A stretch of 64,000 bases of DNA from Lama glama (taxonomy: Eukaryota). This document shows, in pieces, positions 24,793-36,970 of the stretch (position 1 is the stretch's first letter; every line of letters begins with the position of its first letter). The stretch is from NCBI GenBank assembly GCA_028534125.1, contig CM052818.1, positions 39,494,001 through 39,558,000 of the forward strand, in the 5' to 3' direction. The notes under the pieces are model-generated. The model was not told the origin of the DNA. It searched no databases and saw only the letters and a list, made by a program, of their open reading frames with translations. The position numbers and the translations under genes are program-made.

Positions 24793-25541
24793 CTGCATAG
24801 CATTGTAAGTTGCAAAATGAAGGTATGCTTTTCTGCAGGTGACTTAGCTCCACCGCGGCTGCAAGCTCTGAGGCCTGAGGATTCTAATGCTCAGGGCATT
24901 AGACGTCTTAGAAACTAGGCTGAGAAAGAGCTGGAAGGGCAAGGAGGGGTACAGGCAGAGGAGCAAGGCCATAGCGGGTTACCTGGGGGAATACATTGTG
25001 AAATCTGCTTGTAAAAACAATCCGAGATGGGGGTTCAGGCATATTGTTGGAATGAAAAGAATAGGAAAGCTTTTGGAACCTAACTGAAACCGTATGTAGC
25101 CACATATTGTTTTTCCCAGAAAACGATTTTAATTAGGTCAGTTCCATATTGTTCTTATGGCATTGGATGCACAGTAAAAGGGGGCCCTCGGCATTATACA
25201 AACTGCATTTCTGAGAAGGATGGAGGGGGAGTGGCAAGACCACCTCGGAAAAGACCCATTTGTCACGCGCATGGGGATCTGGTGAACCACATTCAGGGCT
25301 GACTTCTTAATGCCTAAGCACTGGAGCACAAACACCGTGAGCCCAGCAGTGACTTGGCAGAGCCCATATCAAATGGGCAGGTGTCTCACTCTGCATTTCA
25401 CGTGCTCTGAGATCAGGGAGCTCGTTTCCTAACTGCTACGTGGTGCTCTCTCCTCAGCTGCGATCTGAGCTCCTTAAACACATCCCGGCGCTGGGGCGTT
25501 TCAGCTGCAGGCGTCCTGGAAGCCTATTTTGGTTTCAGGAT

Positions 25542-25673
25542 NNNNNNNNNNNNNNNNNNNNNNNNNNNNNNNNNNNNNNNNNNNNNNNNNNNNNNNNNNN
25601 NNNNNNNNNNNNNNNNNNNNNNNNNNNNNNNNNNNNNNNNNNNNNNNNNNNNNNNNNNNNNNNNNNNNNNNNN
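25542..25673. other. Assembly gap (132 N)
   Basis: N run. Confidence 1.
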
Positions 25674-25821
25674 GCCAATTATCCACCAAAATAAACGGAT
25701 GGGAGAGAGAATGGCTATATTTGGCTCAGGCTTAATTATTTTGCATTTGAACTTCTCCATTCCACGTAATAAAATTCCATTCTGCCCTTATTTCCTGGTT
25801 AGGTTACTTAATCTCGACTCC

Positions 25822-26025
25822 NNNNNNNNNNNNNNNNNNNNNNNNNNNNNNNNNNNNNNNNNNNNNNNNNNNNNNNNNNNNNNNNNNNNNNNNNNNNNNN
25901 NNNNNNNNNNNNNNNNNNNNNNNNNNNNNNNNNNNNNNNNNNNNNNNNNNNNNNNNNNNNNNNNNNNNNNNNNNNNNNNNNNNNNNNNNNNNNNNNNNNN
26001 NNNNNNNNNNNNNNNNNNNNNNNNN
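25822..26025. other. Assembly gap (204 N)
   Basis: N run. Confidence 1.
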
Positions 26026-27664
26026 GGTCTTACTCTTAGCTCGAGATGTAAGAGAGAATCTCTTTCTCTCTACGCACCCCCCTTTTATTTGAAAAAAGTC
26101 TCCCCTTTTATTTAAAAATGCAATTTAAGTTTTTCAGTTTGTAATTTTTTTAGGGGAGTGACTTTTCCTATAATGAAAGAAAAAGTGAAAAATAGAGAAA
26201 TTGTTCTCCTGGGGGGTAAAATTCTGGGGAGACCACAGTAAAAAACACAGGGACTGACATTTGGCCTTGAGTGAGGGTGCCCTGGGCAGCAGCCGGAGTA
26301 GCCTCACTAGGAAGGCTGGCAAGGCCCCTCCTTCGGGGCTGTGTCCGAATCTGTGTGGCAGCCTTCATCCCATTGCTCCTTGACGCTTGATCGTCTCGTA
26401 AAACACCACATGTAATTCAGCAGTTTTGGCCCATAACAGGCCAACGTCCGTAAGAACGGGAGTAAATGACCTCCCTCTTTTAGTAAGTGTGGTCTCGGCA
26501 GGTCAGCCCCGGGTCGGATGCAGGGCAGCAGGGCGGACGGGCAGCAGCTGGGAGTTCTGGCAGAGCCGGGGGTCTGGCCCTGGCGAAGGGCTGGGCTGAC
26601 TTTTCAGACACCGAATAGCAGGGAGATTGGTCTGCTTTCTTTCTGCTTCTCTCAAGGGGGAAGATGTACAAAGACAGAAGCTGATGGAGCTCGGGGTCTA
26701 TGCTCTGTGTGCATTTGTTCCCCTAGCCTAACTCAGCAGGGTGCCCTGGAGAAGTGAATGAGTTCGTGAATTTCTGTACCGAGTGTTGCAGCATCACCTC
26801 ACTGCTCTGACATCTCGATCTGGTGGTGGAAAGGCACAAATCAGGAAGCAACTGTTAGCCATGGGCTGAACCCTGAGTGTTCCTTGGGGAAAAGGGTGTG
26901 TGCCAGGGTGGGTGTGTGGAGATGGGGGGCTTGGGTGGCCACTGCAGGGTCTGCCCTGACCTGTCTGATTCCTGGACCCTCCCTATGCTCTCTGCCCATT
27001 TTGGAAGAAATAGGCATTTTCTCTGTGTGATGTCCTCCCTGCTGGGTACCTCCCCTTTGGCACGTCATTTTCTCTGCTGATCAGGGTTGCCCAAAGTATC
27101 CCAGACAATCAAGTTCTGCCCCAACACGCTCAGGGGCCTTGGACAAGGAGGGTTCTGCAGATCTCAGTAATTGCTCTGGCTTTCCAAATGTTGTGTTCTC
27201 TTATGAAGACCTGAGGGCATAAGTGGATTAATTTGACAATGGTCACCTGTTATCACATGGTGCTAAGCCCTGGGCAGGGCTGACTACCTGAGGATCAGCT
27301 CTCAGAAAAGGTCAGTGTGGAGGTTTCTCCTTTTTGCCTCCACCCTTCACTTTGACAAAAATAAGAGAAAGAGCAGCATAGTCCTCTCATGCCTAAGATT
27401 TAGTCTGGAGAACAACTTCCAGGGGATACTTTGGGGGCGGTCCACAGTCAGGCTAACCTCCTTCCTTGCTTCTGGCCTTGTTTGTGGGAGTCTGGGGAGA
27501 TGGGTGTCTTGTACCCTGGCGAGTGTGGAAGCCGCCACACCTAGCACCAACCAGGGCCGATGCATTTTAGAAAGGTTTCCAGTGTGTTGTGAAGGGTGAA
27601 ACAGAAAAAGGTTTAGCCTTAGAGGACAGATAACCAGAAGAGGAAATTAACCCCTTGTCCTAAG

Positions 27665-27708
27665 ACACACACACACACACACACACAAACCCACATACAC
27701 ACACACAC
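27665..27708. repeat. Interrupted (CA)n microsatellite
   Basis: Direct reading. Confidence 0.95.
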
Positions 27709-27715
27709 CAGAAAG

Positions 27716-27990
27716 TTTTTAAAAATAGACTTTATTACTTTTTAAGAGCAGTTTTAGTTTCACAGCAAAATTGAGCAAAAGTACAGAGTTCCAATATACC
27801 CCCTGTCCCCTCAACCTGCCTCCTCCTCAACTATCAACATTTCTCACCAAATTGGTATTTTGTTGCCATCGCTGAGTATATACATTGACATGTTATTGTC
27901 ACCAAAAGTCCATAGTTTATATTAGGGTTCACCCTTGGAGTTTATTCTGTGAGTTTTGATAAACGTGTAAGGACATGTATCCACCATTTG
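27716..27990 (-). mobile_element. L1MC-like 3' end
   Basis: 'agagcagttttagtttcacagcaaaattgagc...aaagtccatagtttatattagggttcac...gacatgtatccacca' is the antisense of the same UTR type seen at 13.5-13.8 kb. Confidence 0.85.
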
Positions 27991-28129
27991 AATTTAGCTG
28001 TTACTTAAATTTGGTTATTATCTACAAGAGGTAATTTTGACAACACTCTCCCTCCCCTCCCCCCAAATCACAAAAATAAAGAAATCTTGCTATTTAAAAT
28101 ATTTTCATTAAAGAATCTAATATGTGAAT

Positions 28130-28640
28130 TTATTGCTGTTCCTCTGGGAAATATTTTAAATCAGTGATGAAATAAAAAAGGAACATAGAGAGTAGTGGTG
28201 TTATCCATTAGAAAACATTTAACCCACAGCTGGGAAAATTAGAGGCAACAAAACCATTTTTATTGCCACACTTATCACAAATCCCCTACGTAATTTTATG
28301 AGATAGTTCATTAAACGAGCAGCTACTGCGTTATCTTTTTCCCCTGGCCCCGAAACAGCATTCGTTTTTCACACTTCTTTACATCTCAAACATTAAAAAA
28401 GCCTTAATCGATGCTTTTGCATAAAAAGCAAAGGGCTGGGTTTCCCATCATAAAACGTTATGTTGTTTACACAAAAACTGCATCTAACCTCATAAAACTC
28501 TAGTGATTTCCCAATGGGGTCCTGCAGGGACACTTGGCTATGCTAGACGTCACACTGATTTCTAGCGCCGAACCAAAGCGAACTTCCTGTGGAAAGCTGC
28601 TCTCAGCCCTGGCCGTTACTAATCAGACTTTTCAATTGGG
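28130..28640. promoter_or_regulatory. Candidate posterior-HOX/CDX + FOX enhancer
   Basis: Five TAAAA-type HOX13/CDX sites within 28258-28497 plus TGTTTAC 28464-28470, in non-repeat DNA with retained CpGs. Confidence 0.5.
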
Positions 28641-29374
28641 GTGCACCAAACAGGCATCCTCTCCCCATCCCGGGTCTCCTGGCACCTCTGAGCAGCTAAG
28701 AAAACAAACGGAGGTGGAAAAATTTCCAGTATCAGCCCCCATGTCCTCATCTCCCACACTCTTTTTTGACACTACGGAGTTCCCAGTGCTTCGATCTCTC
28801 TGCTCTCTGCTAGATCCTTGGGACCAGTTTCCAGGAAATAGCTCTCCTGGATAGAGAAAAGACACAAAGGGAAGGCCTGCCCACAGGTATGGCACTTTCC
28901 TAGAAATCATGTGCTTTCACAATCTTTCATTAGGTATTAGTGACTCTTAAAACAGTTAATGGCAAGATGCTTAACTTTGCTTCCTAAAGCTGAGTAAATC
29001 AATCAAGCCAAAATGCTTTGCAAAACTAAAAGTCATTCATTGACTGTTCTCAAATGTCTGGTTTTCTCATGAAAATCAGGATAAATATTTGAAAGTTAGT
29101 TGCTTGCTTCCTCTATTAGACTAAAGAGGTGAACATTTTTATAGTTTTAGCTTTGAAGATTGGATATTTGCTTGCATTTGTGTAGAATAACAACATCTAT
29201 GCTTCGCAAAGGATCTTTAGGAATCACCGTTTGTTTATTTTTACTCCTGTGGCGATTTTCTTTGTGGAAACTCAGTCAGGAATCACATTAGGTCATCCCT
29301 TATCACATGGACAGTTGTAGGGACAATAACACAAGGAAGCTCCTGGGAAGGCTGAGGCAAGAAGGCTTTACCCT

Positions 29375-29505
29375 GCATTATATGATTCCACAAGGTTTAG
29401 ATGTTGAGGACTTTGGGAACTCAATGTTGCTTCTTTTGAGCCAGGATTAGAACAGGGGCTTTCTGACTCCAGCGTCCTTACTCTTAACCATTCTGCTGTT
29501 CTGCC
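29375..29505 (-). mobile_element. MIR fragment
   Basis: 'gagccaggattagaacagggg...tctgactccagcgtccttactcttaaccatt'. Confidence 0.65.
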
Positions 29506-29659
29506 ATTTGGGGAAGGGAGAAGAATTAGGTCCAGTCCTCCTTGAGATAAATTTAAAATTGGGATAAAATTGGAGATAAAAAACAGAGATGCATATACAA
29601 TAACTAATATTAGAAGCTAATAATAGTTGGTGGGAAGACATAGTTAAGAAGTACTGATG

Positions 29660-30670
29660 ATAAGCAAAGAGGCTAAGGTTGTCAGAGATGGTTTCCTGGA
29701 TGACCTGAGACTTGATCTGGGCTTTGAAAGATTAATGTGCTCTGGCTGTGCAGAGGAAAGGGAAGAGGCCACTGAGGACCAGACAGATCATGGAATGGAG
29801 ACATGTGGAGCTTAAGTATTGAAAAATAGGGTAGGGTCAAATTATGGAGGGTCTTGAAAAGCAACCTAAGGATTTGGAATAGTTTGAGTAGATGCTTGAT
29901 AAACCCTGGGCTCCTCATTCTCATTAAAAGAAAGTGTCACAACATTACTGTGCTAGTGATAAGGATTCAAAGATCAGAGAACAGAAGTTCCACCTGTGCC
30001 ATTGCATCCTGAGCACCCACCTGTGTGCCTGGTGCTCAGTAACTAGTTGATGAAAGAAAGTGTGAATGATTATACGTCTCCAAAGACTTCACAGGCTAGA
30101 GGAGTAGAACAGTGTATCCAAATATTTCACAAAGTACTCTTAAAAATGAGGATGTGCAGAAACCAGAAGACAAAGTGACTAACTGGATGGGAATAAAGGA
30201 AGGAAAAGTTTAGTGGAGGAGGTGGCCCCTCCGTAAGTATCACTCTGTTGTATGGTCCCTTGCAGGAGTGGAGTGGGGAGTTGGAGGAGGATAATCAGAA
30301 GGTGAGTCTGGAGACCTAAGGAGCCAGATCATGATGGTCTTTTGAGCTGTGCTAATGAGCTTCGACTTGTACTGTAAGGAATCAGTGTGGACCACAGCTC
30401 TCCAGTGTTGGTGTGCATCTGCCTCACCTGGAGAGCTCCTTAAAACATGGACGCTGAGCCCCACCCCGGAGTTCATGGTTTAGTAGGTCTAGAAGGGGAG
30501 CCCAAAAGCCTGTGTTTCTAACACAGCCTTAGGTGGTACTGATGCTCCTGGTCTGGGACCACACTTTGAGACTGTCTGATGTAGAGGGTGCATTAGAAGA
30601 GGTGAGAAACTGGAGCTAGGGAGGCCAGTCAGGAGGCAGTTGTCCACATCAGAAATGATGCTGGTCTAAC
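29660..30670 (-). mobile_element. Scattered L2 fragments
   Basis: Antisense L2 tracts at ~29660-29890 and ~30270-30670, the latter interrupted by MER5A. Confidence 0.55.
30393..30578 (+). mobile_element. MER5A (hAT-Charlie MITE)
   Basis: 'cacctggagagctccttaaaa...ccccaccccggagttc...tttctaaca...gatgctcctggtctgggaccacactttgaga'. Confidence 0.85.
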
Positions 30671-31959
30671 TGCACCACGACACTGCTGCTCAGAGTGGTC
30701 TCAGAGCTAAGACTGGACCCCTTTCTTCAGGCTCTTTTAACTCCGTTGTTTCAATAGGGAGAATCCTGGCCCAACAAGCACACACTTTATTTAAAGCTCA
30801 GTCTTTATTAGCAAATAAAATAGTTTGAATTCATACAACTATCAAGAATACATGTAGGGATTTAGTTTTATATTTTAAGGGATTTTTACTTTCTCAGAGA
30901 ATGGTATGAAATTCTTTATCTGAAGTCCACAGCCTTGGAATCCTTGAAAGTGAACCTGGTCCAGCTCAAATTAGATTTCCACTTTAAACAAAAAGGCTCT
31001 ACGATTTCTCCAAGACGTGGAAAGACAAGAGATTCTAATCAGAAGATCTCCAGCTCGACTTTCAAAGACAACCATTCTACCTGGAAGCTAGTCTCACATA
31101 TCTGTAAAGGAGATTCTGAAAGCTGAAGGGAATTAGACATGGAAAGATAATTCCCAAAATGGGGAAAAGAAAGATTTCATTATTTTGTTGCTTTTTTTTC
31201 CCTTTTGGTAATAAAGAATTTGGTAGAGTTAGTTATTTGGCCGTGCATGCTTGGGCTGAAAACGTTAATTTCCTTTGCCAAGCTTTCTAAAAATAGTCTT
31301 TCTTCAGGCAAGGACCAGCTCAACATGAGCTACGTTCATTCGAAGCACGGCATGTTTAAATTCACGGAATGTAGTTACCTATTAACCTGAAGATTCCAAC
31401 TTCAGTGAGACAAAGAATGTGGAATTTTACTTCTTGCAAAGTTATGAGTGCGTCTTGTTTTGTGTATGTAACAATAAGTTCTTTCATGATGTGACACCAT
31501 GGCAGTGGGTGGTGAAATCCAATACCTGGCAAAAATACAATGGAATTATATAATACCAAAAAAGTCAATTGTTTTCCCCTTGGCTAATTAACTCCTTTGA
31601 ACAGGGAAGTACTGAGGATGAGATCAGCTGGTGGCGTTTGTTCTCCAGCTAGTTTCCATGCCGTTTTAGGCACTGTCTGTGCAATGCGTTTTATAAACGG
31701 AGGAAGGAGTCTAGTGACTGTTGGAGCAGGCTCTAGAATGGATACCACCGTGGCTTGGTAGGAGCTTCACTGACCCATGGAATTTATCTTTCCCGGGATC
31801 CTGCCCACCACCCAGACTTAAGATAATAAGTATGTCCATGGCTCTGTCCCCACTTTTCTCCAGGGACCTTTGCACACAGGTATGAAACAGGGAAGCGGCT
31901 CACAGGATTCTTTAAGAAGAGTTGTTACCAGCTGTAGGTCTGCCTTGTGAAATCTGATA

Positions 31960-32135
31960 TAAATTGGGACACATAACAATCCAGTGCAGGAGCTGTTGTC
32001 CTTACATTATAGATGAGGAAACTGGAGTTCAGAGGAACTAAGTATCGTGTGCAAGACAAATTAGCTAGAAGGCAGTAAAGATAAGATGCAAATCCAGACC
32101 TTTCTCCAAAGCTCAATCCTGTTCACTAACACATT
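31960..32135 (-). mobile_element. MIR fragment
   Basis: 'cattatagatgaggaaactggagttcagagg' is the MIR core. Confidence 0.8.
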
Positions 32136-32359
32136 CCTTTCAGTAGTGTAGAGAGGGCCATCAATAGGGTTATCCTTCAAGGAGCATAAGAATTATTTTT
32201 AAAGTGACCGAATAATGTACTGATTTGTTTTCTTTCTGCTTTTTCCTAGATCTTTTGTAATAATCACATGTTACTTTCAAAATAGCAACAAATAATCTTT
32301 ACAATACTTTTTAAAAGAACTGTGGAGGAGAGATGGTAGACACTGAGACACTGAGATAT

Positions 32360-33795
32360 TAATCTATGTGAGATTGGCCAGAAGAATATACTTATGACCC
32401 CAGGAGAGGGAAGGACTACTCCAACAAAACCCAGAAAAAGCCAACCGTAGAGCAAATGATTGATACGTTTGCCTCCATTAAAATTACAAACTCCTGCATG
32501 ACAAAAGAAACCATGGCCAAAGTGAAAAGATAAGCCCCAGGGTAGAGGATATTTTCAGCACATGCATCAGTAAAGAATTAGAATCTGGAACATATAAAAA
32601 TCCCTACAAATCAAGTGAGGGAGAAAAGTAGCCCAGTATACAAAATAGTCAAAGGTTTTTATTTAGCCAGTCGCAAAAAGGAGAGCATAAATGTCCAGTA
32701 AAAGGATGATCAAACACACTAGAGTGAAGGGAAATATTAAATGCCATTTCACACTCATCCATTTGGCAAAAATGGAAAACTGGCACAATTAAGTGTTAAT
32801 AGTGAAGACACAGAAGACGGGGAGATTATCCACTGCTGGCCAAACTGTAACTTGGTGCAAGTACTTCTAGGTATATACACCCCAAAGGAAATTTCCTATA
32901 TGTGTACAAGGAAATATTAACCAGGATCCTCATTGAAACATTGTGTATTATAGCAAAAAACTTGGGATCAACTTAATTATCCATTTATGGTATATATATA
33001 TATACAGCAGATAAAATAAATGACATATGAATGAGTCTTAAAAATATTTGTTGAGGGGAAAAAAGCAATTTTTAAAATGGTATAGTCAATATGATACCAT
33101 TGATATACAATTGAAAGTTCATAAAAAGCAGTATAAATCACTATGTGTGTATACATACGTGTCTGCATGAGAGGCAGACACGTCAGTTTCTAATGGTGGT
33201 TACGTCTGCAGAGGAAAGCAGTAGATTGGGATAGAGAGGTGACTGACCATATCTGTAGTGGCTTATGTCTTTTATAAAGAATTGCTTTTTTGTTGTTGTT
33301 GAAGTATAGTTGATTTACAAAGTTGTGTTAGTTTCAGATGTATAGCAAAGTGATTCAGTTATACCTACATATACATATTTATACATAGTCTTTTTCAGAT
33401 TATTTCCATTATAGATTATTACAAGATATCGAATATGGCTCCCGGTGCTATGCAGTAGTAGGTCCTTGTTGTTTATCTGTTTTATATATAGTAGTGTATA
33501 TATGTTAATCCCAAACTTGTAATTTATCCCTCCCCTGCCTCTTTCCCCTTTGGTAATCATAGTTTGTTTTCTATGTCTGTGAATCTATTTCTATAATATT
33601 TGTCTTTCTCTGACTTACTTTACTTAATATAATAATCTCTAGGTCCATCCATGTTGCTGCAAATGGCATTATTTCGTTCTTTTTTATGGTGGAATAATAT
33701 TCCAAATGATTGCTTTTTTAACTTTAGCAAAAAGCAAAGGTTGCTGTTGTATTATTTTCAGTGCTTTTGCACATGTTTAAGTAATGAGTAACTTT
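32360..33795 (+). mobile_element. Old L1 (L1ME-like) ORF2 end and 3' UTR, interrupted by a younger L1
   Basis: 'attaaaattacaaactcctgcatgacaaaagaaacca...aaagtgaaaaga...atgccatttcacactcatcc...acttctaggtatatac...catatgaatgagtcttaaaaata'. Confidence 0.75.
33292..33708 (-). mobile_element. 5'-truncated artiodactyl-type L1 3' end with TSD
   Basis: 'gaagtatagttgatttacaaagttgtgttagtttcag...tctaggtccatccatgttgctgcaaatggcattatttc'; TSD ATTGCTTTTTT at 33281-33291 and 33709-33719. Confidence 0.9.
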
Positions 33796-34911
33796 AAAAT
33801 TAATAATGGAAATAAAATAGGAAAGGAACAGATTGGAGAGCAATTTAATTGTTATCACCAAATAGAAATAATTTCATGACCTGGAATATGATGGAAAGCT
33901 GGTCTTTATTTTTCATTTCAATTGTGATCATTTAGGCAAGAGATAAAGAAGAACTTATGGATCACGAGTGCTGTTCAGACACTAACACTGACTACTGTGT
34001 AGTGTTCTGTACATCATTTTAAAAGAACTTGAAAGAGAGAGTGAATTTCCATGTGTCTGGAATGGTTTAGGTTAAAGCTTCTTATTTTGAGATCCTTCTG
34101 ATCAAAATTGTGGAGCTCCCCTGGAGTGAATTAGGCGGGTTCTGCATTTCCCAGGAATCTGAGCTGGGGCTGGTGTACAAATGTCACTATGAGATCCATC
34201 ACCCATGGGATCGTGAGCTGGGGGTCTGCAGTGTCAGTTGGGAAGCCCCTCTTCTTTTACAAGTGAGGAGGCAGGGAGAGGGTAGCGTGTGGACAGTGGG
34301 GAGGTCACCCAGCTTGTTAGTAGCAGCTCTCAGGCCTTACTCTTTTTAGCCATACTCTTTTGCATCTAAAAATTCCTGACTTTAGGTTTTTTTCCCCCAT
34401 TCTTTCTGTTTCCACTGGAAATGAAAGTGGCATATTAACAGGTGGTTCTTATGCTCAGAGGAAGAAATTCCCACGAAATCCATGGATTCATTCATGGCAA
34501 GGCACACTGCCCTGTTTGCTAGAGGCGAGTCCTTGGAAGTGTTTTATGCAGAGGAAAACTTTTTAGCAGTCCCTTTGCAAGAAAGCCAGGTTTTTTGGTT
34601 GAGAGTGACAAGTTGTTTTCCTCTTTGAAATTCAAAAATATGAAAATATTGCCTTGACAGATGGACGTATAAGGCACAGAAGTTATTCATTTTACTCAAC
34701 TAAATAGCTAATTACAGAGGTAGAGGGGTGGGGATTAATGTCAGGAAATCAACACAAGCTCCAGGCTTACTCTTCCAGAATCCCTTCTTTAAATTCACCA
34801 TCTGGTGAGTTTGAAGAAACCAGTATATGAAAACATGGTGACAAGATAGAGGTGATAAACCTAAAACATAAAACTAAGGAGAAGTGGACCCTGCACTTCA
34901 AGTTGGGACTT

Positions 34912-35092
34912 AAAAAATTAAAAAAAAAATTTTTTTTTTGGTGAAGGGGAGCCAATTAGGTATGTTTGTATGTATGCATGTATGTATGTATGTATGTGTG
35001 TGTGTGTATGTGTGTATTTATTTATAAACGGAAGTACTGGGGATTGAACCCAGGACCTCATGCACTCTACCACTGAGATATATCCTCCTGCC
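34912..35092 (-). mobile_element. Camelid Vic-1-type SINE with TSD
   Basis: Antisense head 'gtactggggattgaacccaggacctcatgcactctaccactgag'; TSD TTGGGACTT at 34903-34911 and 35093-35101. Confidence 0.88.
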
Positions 35093-35244
35093 TTGGGACT
35101 TTATTTGTGTCCTCTCTAGAGTCACCAGGAATGGTTCTCTACATGAAAGATGACACTACAAGTCTAACTGCAGGTCCTGGGCACAATGTTTCCTATGTGC
35201 CAAAAACTTTGGAATTTTTACAGCATTTTAATAAGTGCCTAAAG

Positions 35245-35465
35245 TCAGAGAGATTTAGGGTAGATTTACCACTAACCAACTGCCACTAACTAGCTGTAAG
35301 ATTTAAGGCAAGGCAATGGCTTTTTTAAGCCTAGTCTCATCATCTGAAAATGGGAATGAGAAAAGCAGTTTCCTCAAATAGTGGTTCAGAGCATTGAGAT
35401 GATGTATACAAAGCCTGGCTCATCATGGGCCTGTAGCTCATACTGAGTACTCAGAAGTGGTAGTG
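35245..35465 (+). mobile_element. MIR SINE
   Basis: 'ctgccactaactagctgtaag...aagcctagtctcatcatctgaaaatggga'. Confidence 0.7.
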
Positions 35466-35688
35466 GTAACTACTATTAATGTGAGCTTCTTGGAGAGTTT
35501 AACATGCTTGAAGCAAATACTGTTCACGCTTTGATTGCCCAATTGCCCTGAACAAGGAAACGTTTAGAACTCCTGCTATAGACATGCGTGGACTGACTAT
35601 CTTCTTTCCCCAAATGGCTCTGTTTTACCTCCATCTTTGCTAGGATTTTCCAAAGTCTGTTCTGAAGACTTCCAGCTTAGGGAGGATA

Positions 35689-36062
35689 GTGCTACGGACT
35701 GAATGGAGTATCCCAGCCTACCCTCTGCCCCCATTCAAAAGCTGAAGCCTTAACTTCCAACGTGATGATATTTGGAAATGGGTCCTTGGGAGGGTATAAT
35801 TAGGTTTAGATGAGGTCTTGAGGATGGGTCCCTCATGATGGGATTTGCACCCTTATAAGAAGAGACACTAGAGGTCTTGCTCTCTTTCTGCCACATGAGG
35901 TGGCCGTCTGCAAGCCAGGAAGAGAGCCCTCACCAGGAAGCAAACCAGCAGGCACCTTGACCTTGGACTTCTCAGGCTCCACAGCTGTGAGAGGTAAATT
36001 CCTGTTATTCAGGCCATCCCGTCTAAGGTATTTTGTTATGGCAGCGCCTGGGCTGATTGACA
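35689..36062 (+). mobile_element. MaLR solo LTR (MLT1A-like)
   Basis: 'tgctacggactgaat...ttaggtttagatgaggtc...cccttataagaagaga...ggcaccttgaccttggacttc...ggtattttgttatggcagc...gaca'. Confidence 0.9.
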
Positions 36063-36811
36063 CAGAGGGGAGGAGTTCTGTAATCAAAAATGCTTGGGAG
36101 ATAAAGCCTCCTTTGAAGGTCCACAAGGCGCATAGCTGATTAAAGGTGCTCCTGTAAAGGAACAAATTTAACTTTGTTTAATGTGGTGTTTCTAAAAATA
36201 ACCAAAGCAGGGGAATCCTTTTGGTCTAAGCACTGCTACTGCTCCCTGGACCCTGAGTTCTTGCTGCCCTAGACCCTCAGCATCACTGCGTATTTGTCTG
36301 CTGTGGTCATTTGGACAATTTGCTACTGACAGAGAGAAAGCCCCCCATCTCACTGGCACCTTGGTGGGTTGTGCTCGTGCTCAGCACTCCAAGAGTCTTC
36401 TTGTGCCCCCCTGCTCCGCAAACCAGCAGAAGGCAGGAGGCTGTGCTCCCCAGATGTTTGCTAATCCCCTCTGCGTGCGCTGATGTATGCGAAGTATGCT
36501 GGTGTCGCTCTGACCAGAGATTCAGGGAGACCATATGTCTAGGGTGCACGAGCAGCTTCTGGCAGGACCAAAGGCTGGTTCTGGGGCTGGCTCACACACC
36601 ACGGCTCACTGCATCCAGTGCTCCAGGCAGCTCAGGTCCCCATGCACATCCCTTGTTCTAAGGAGGCTGGGTTGGATCTGCGTGGCAGCCAGCCCATAGC
36701 ACACCTGGGCGACTCTCGTCCCCACCTCTGTCCCTTATGATAACGTGTGCCCTCCGATGGATTTTCCTCTCTGTCAGATTATAATTACATTATGCTAAGA
36801 AATACCTAGTT

Positions 36812-36970
36812 GAATGTGTCTCAAACTTTAACTTGAATACGAATCACCTGGGGGAGCTTGCAGTTTCAGAAAGTCTGGGATGAGGCCTGAGATCTGCCTT
36901 TCTAAGGAACTCCCAGGAGATGCCCACATGGCTGGTCATCATAGTCCAGGGCCACACCTTGAGTAGCACT
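36812..36970 (+). mobile_element. MER5A-like MITE (internally deleted)
   Basis: 'gaatcacctggggg...gtctgggatgaggcctgagatctgcctttctaa...ccacaccttgagtagcact'. Confidence 0.8.

Larger units (their letters stand above)
25430..26620. promoter_or_regulatory. CpG-enriched regulatory region interrupted by two short gaps
   Basis: Raised CpG on both flanks, perfect CArG box CCTATTTTGG 25523-25532, GTAATAAAA 25766-25774, CTCGTAAAA 26395-26403. Confidence 0.5.
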
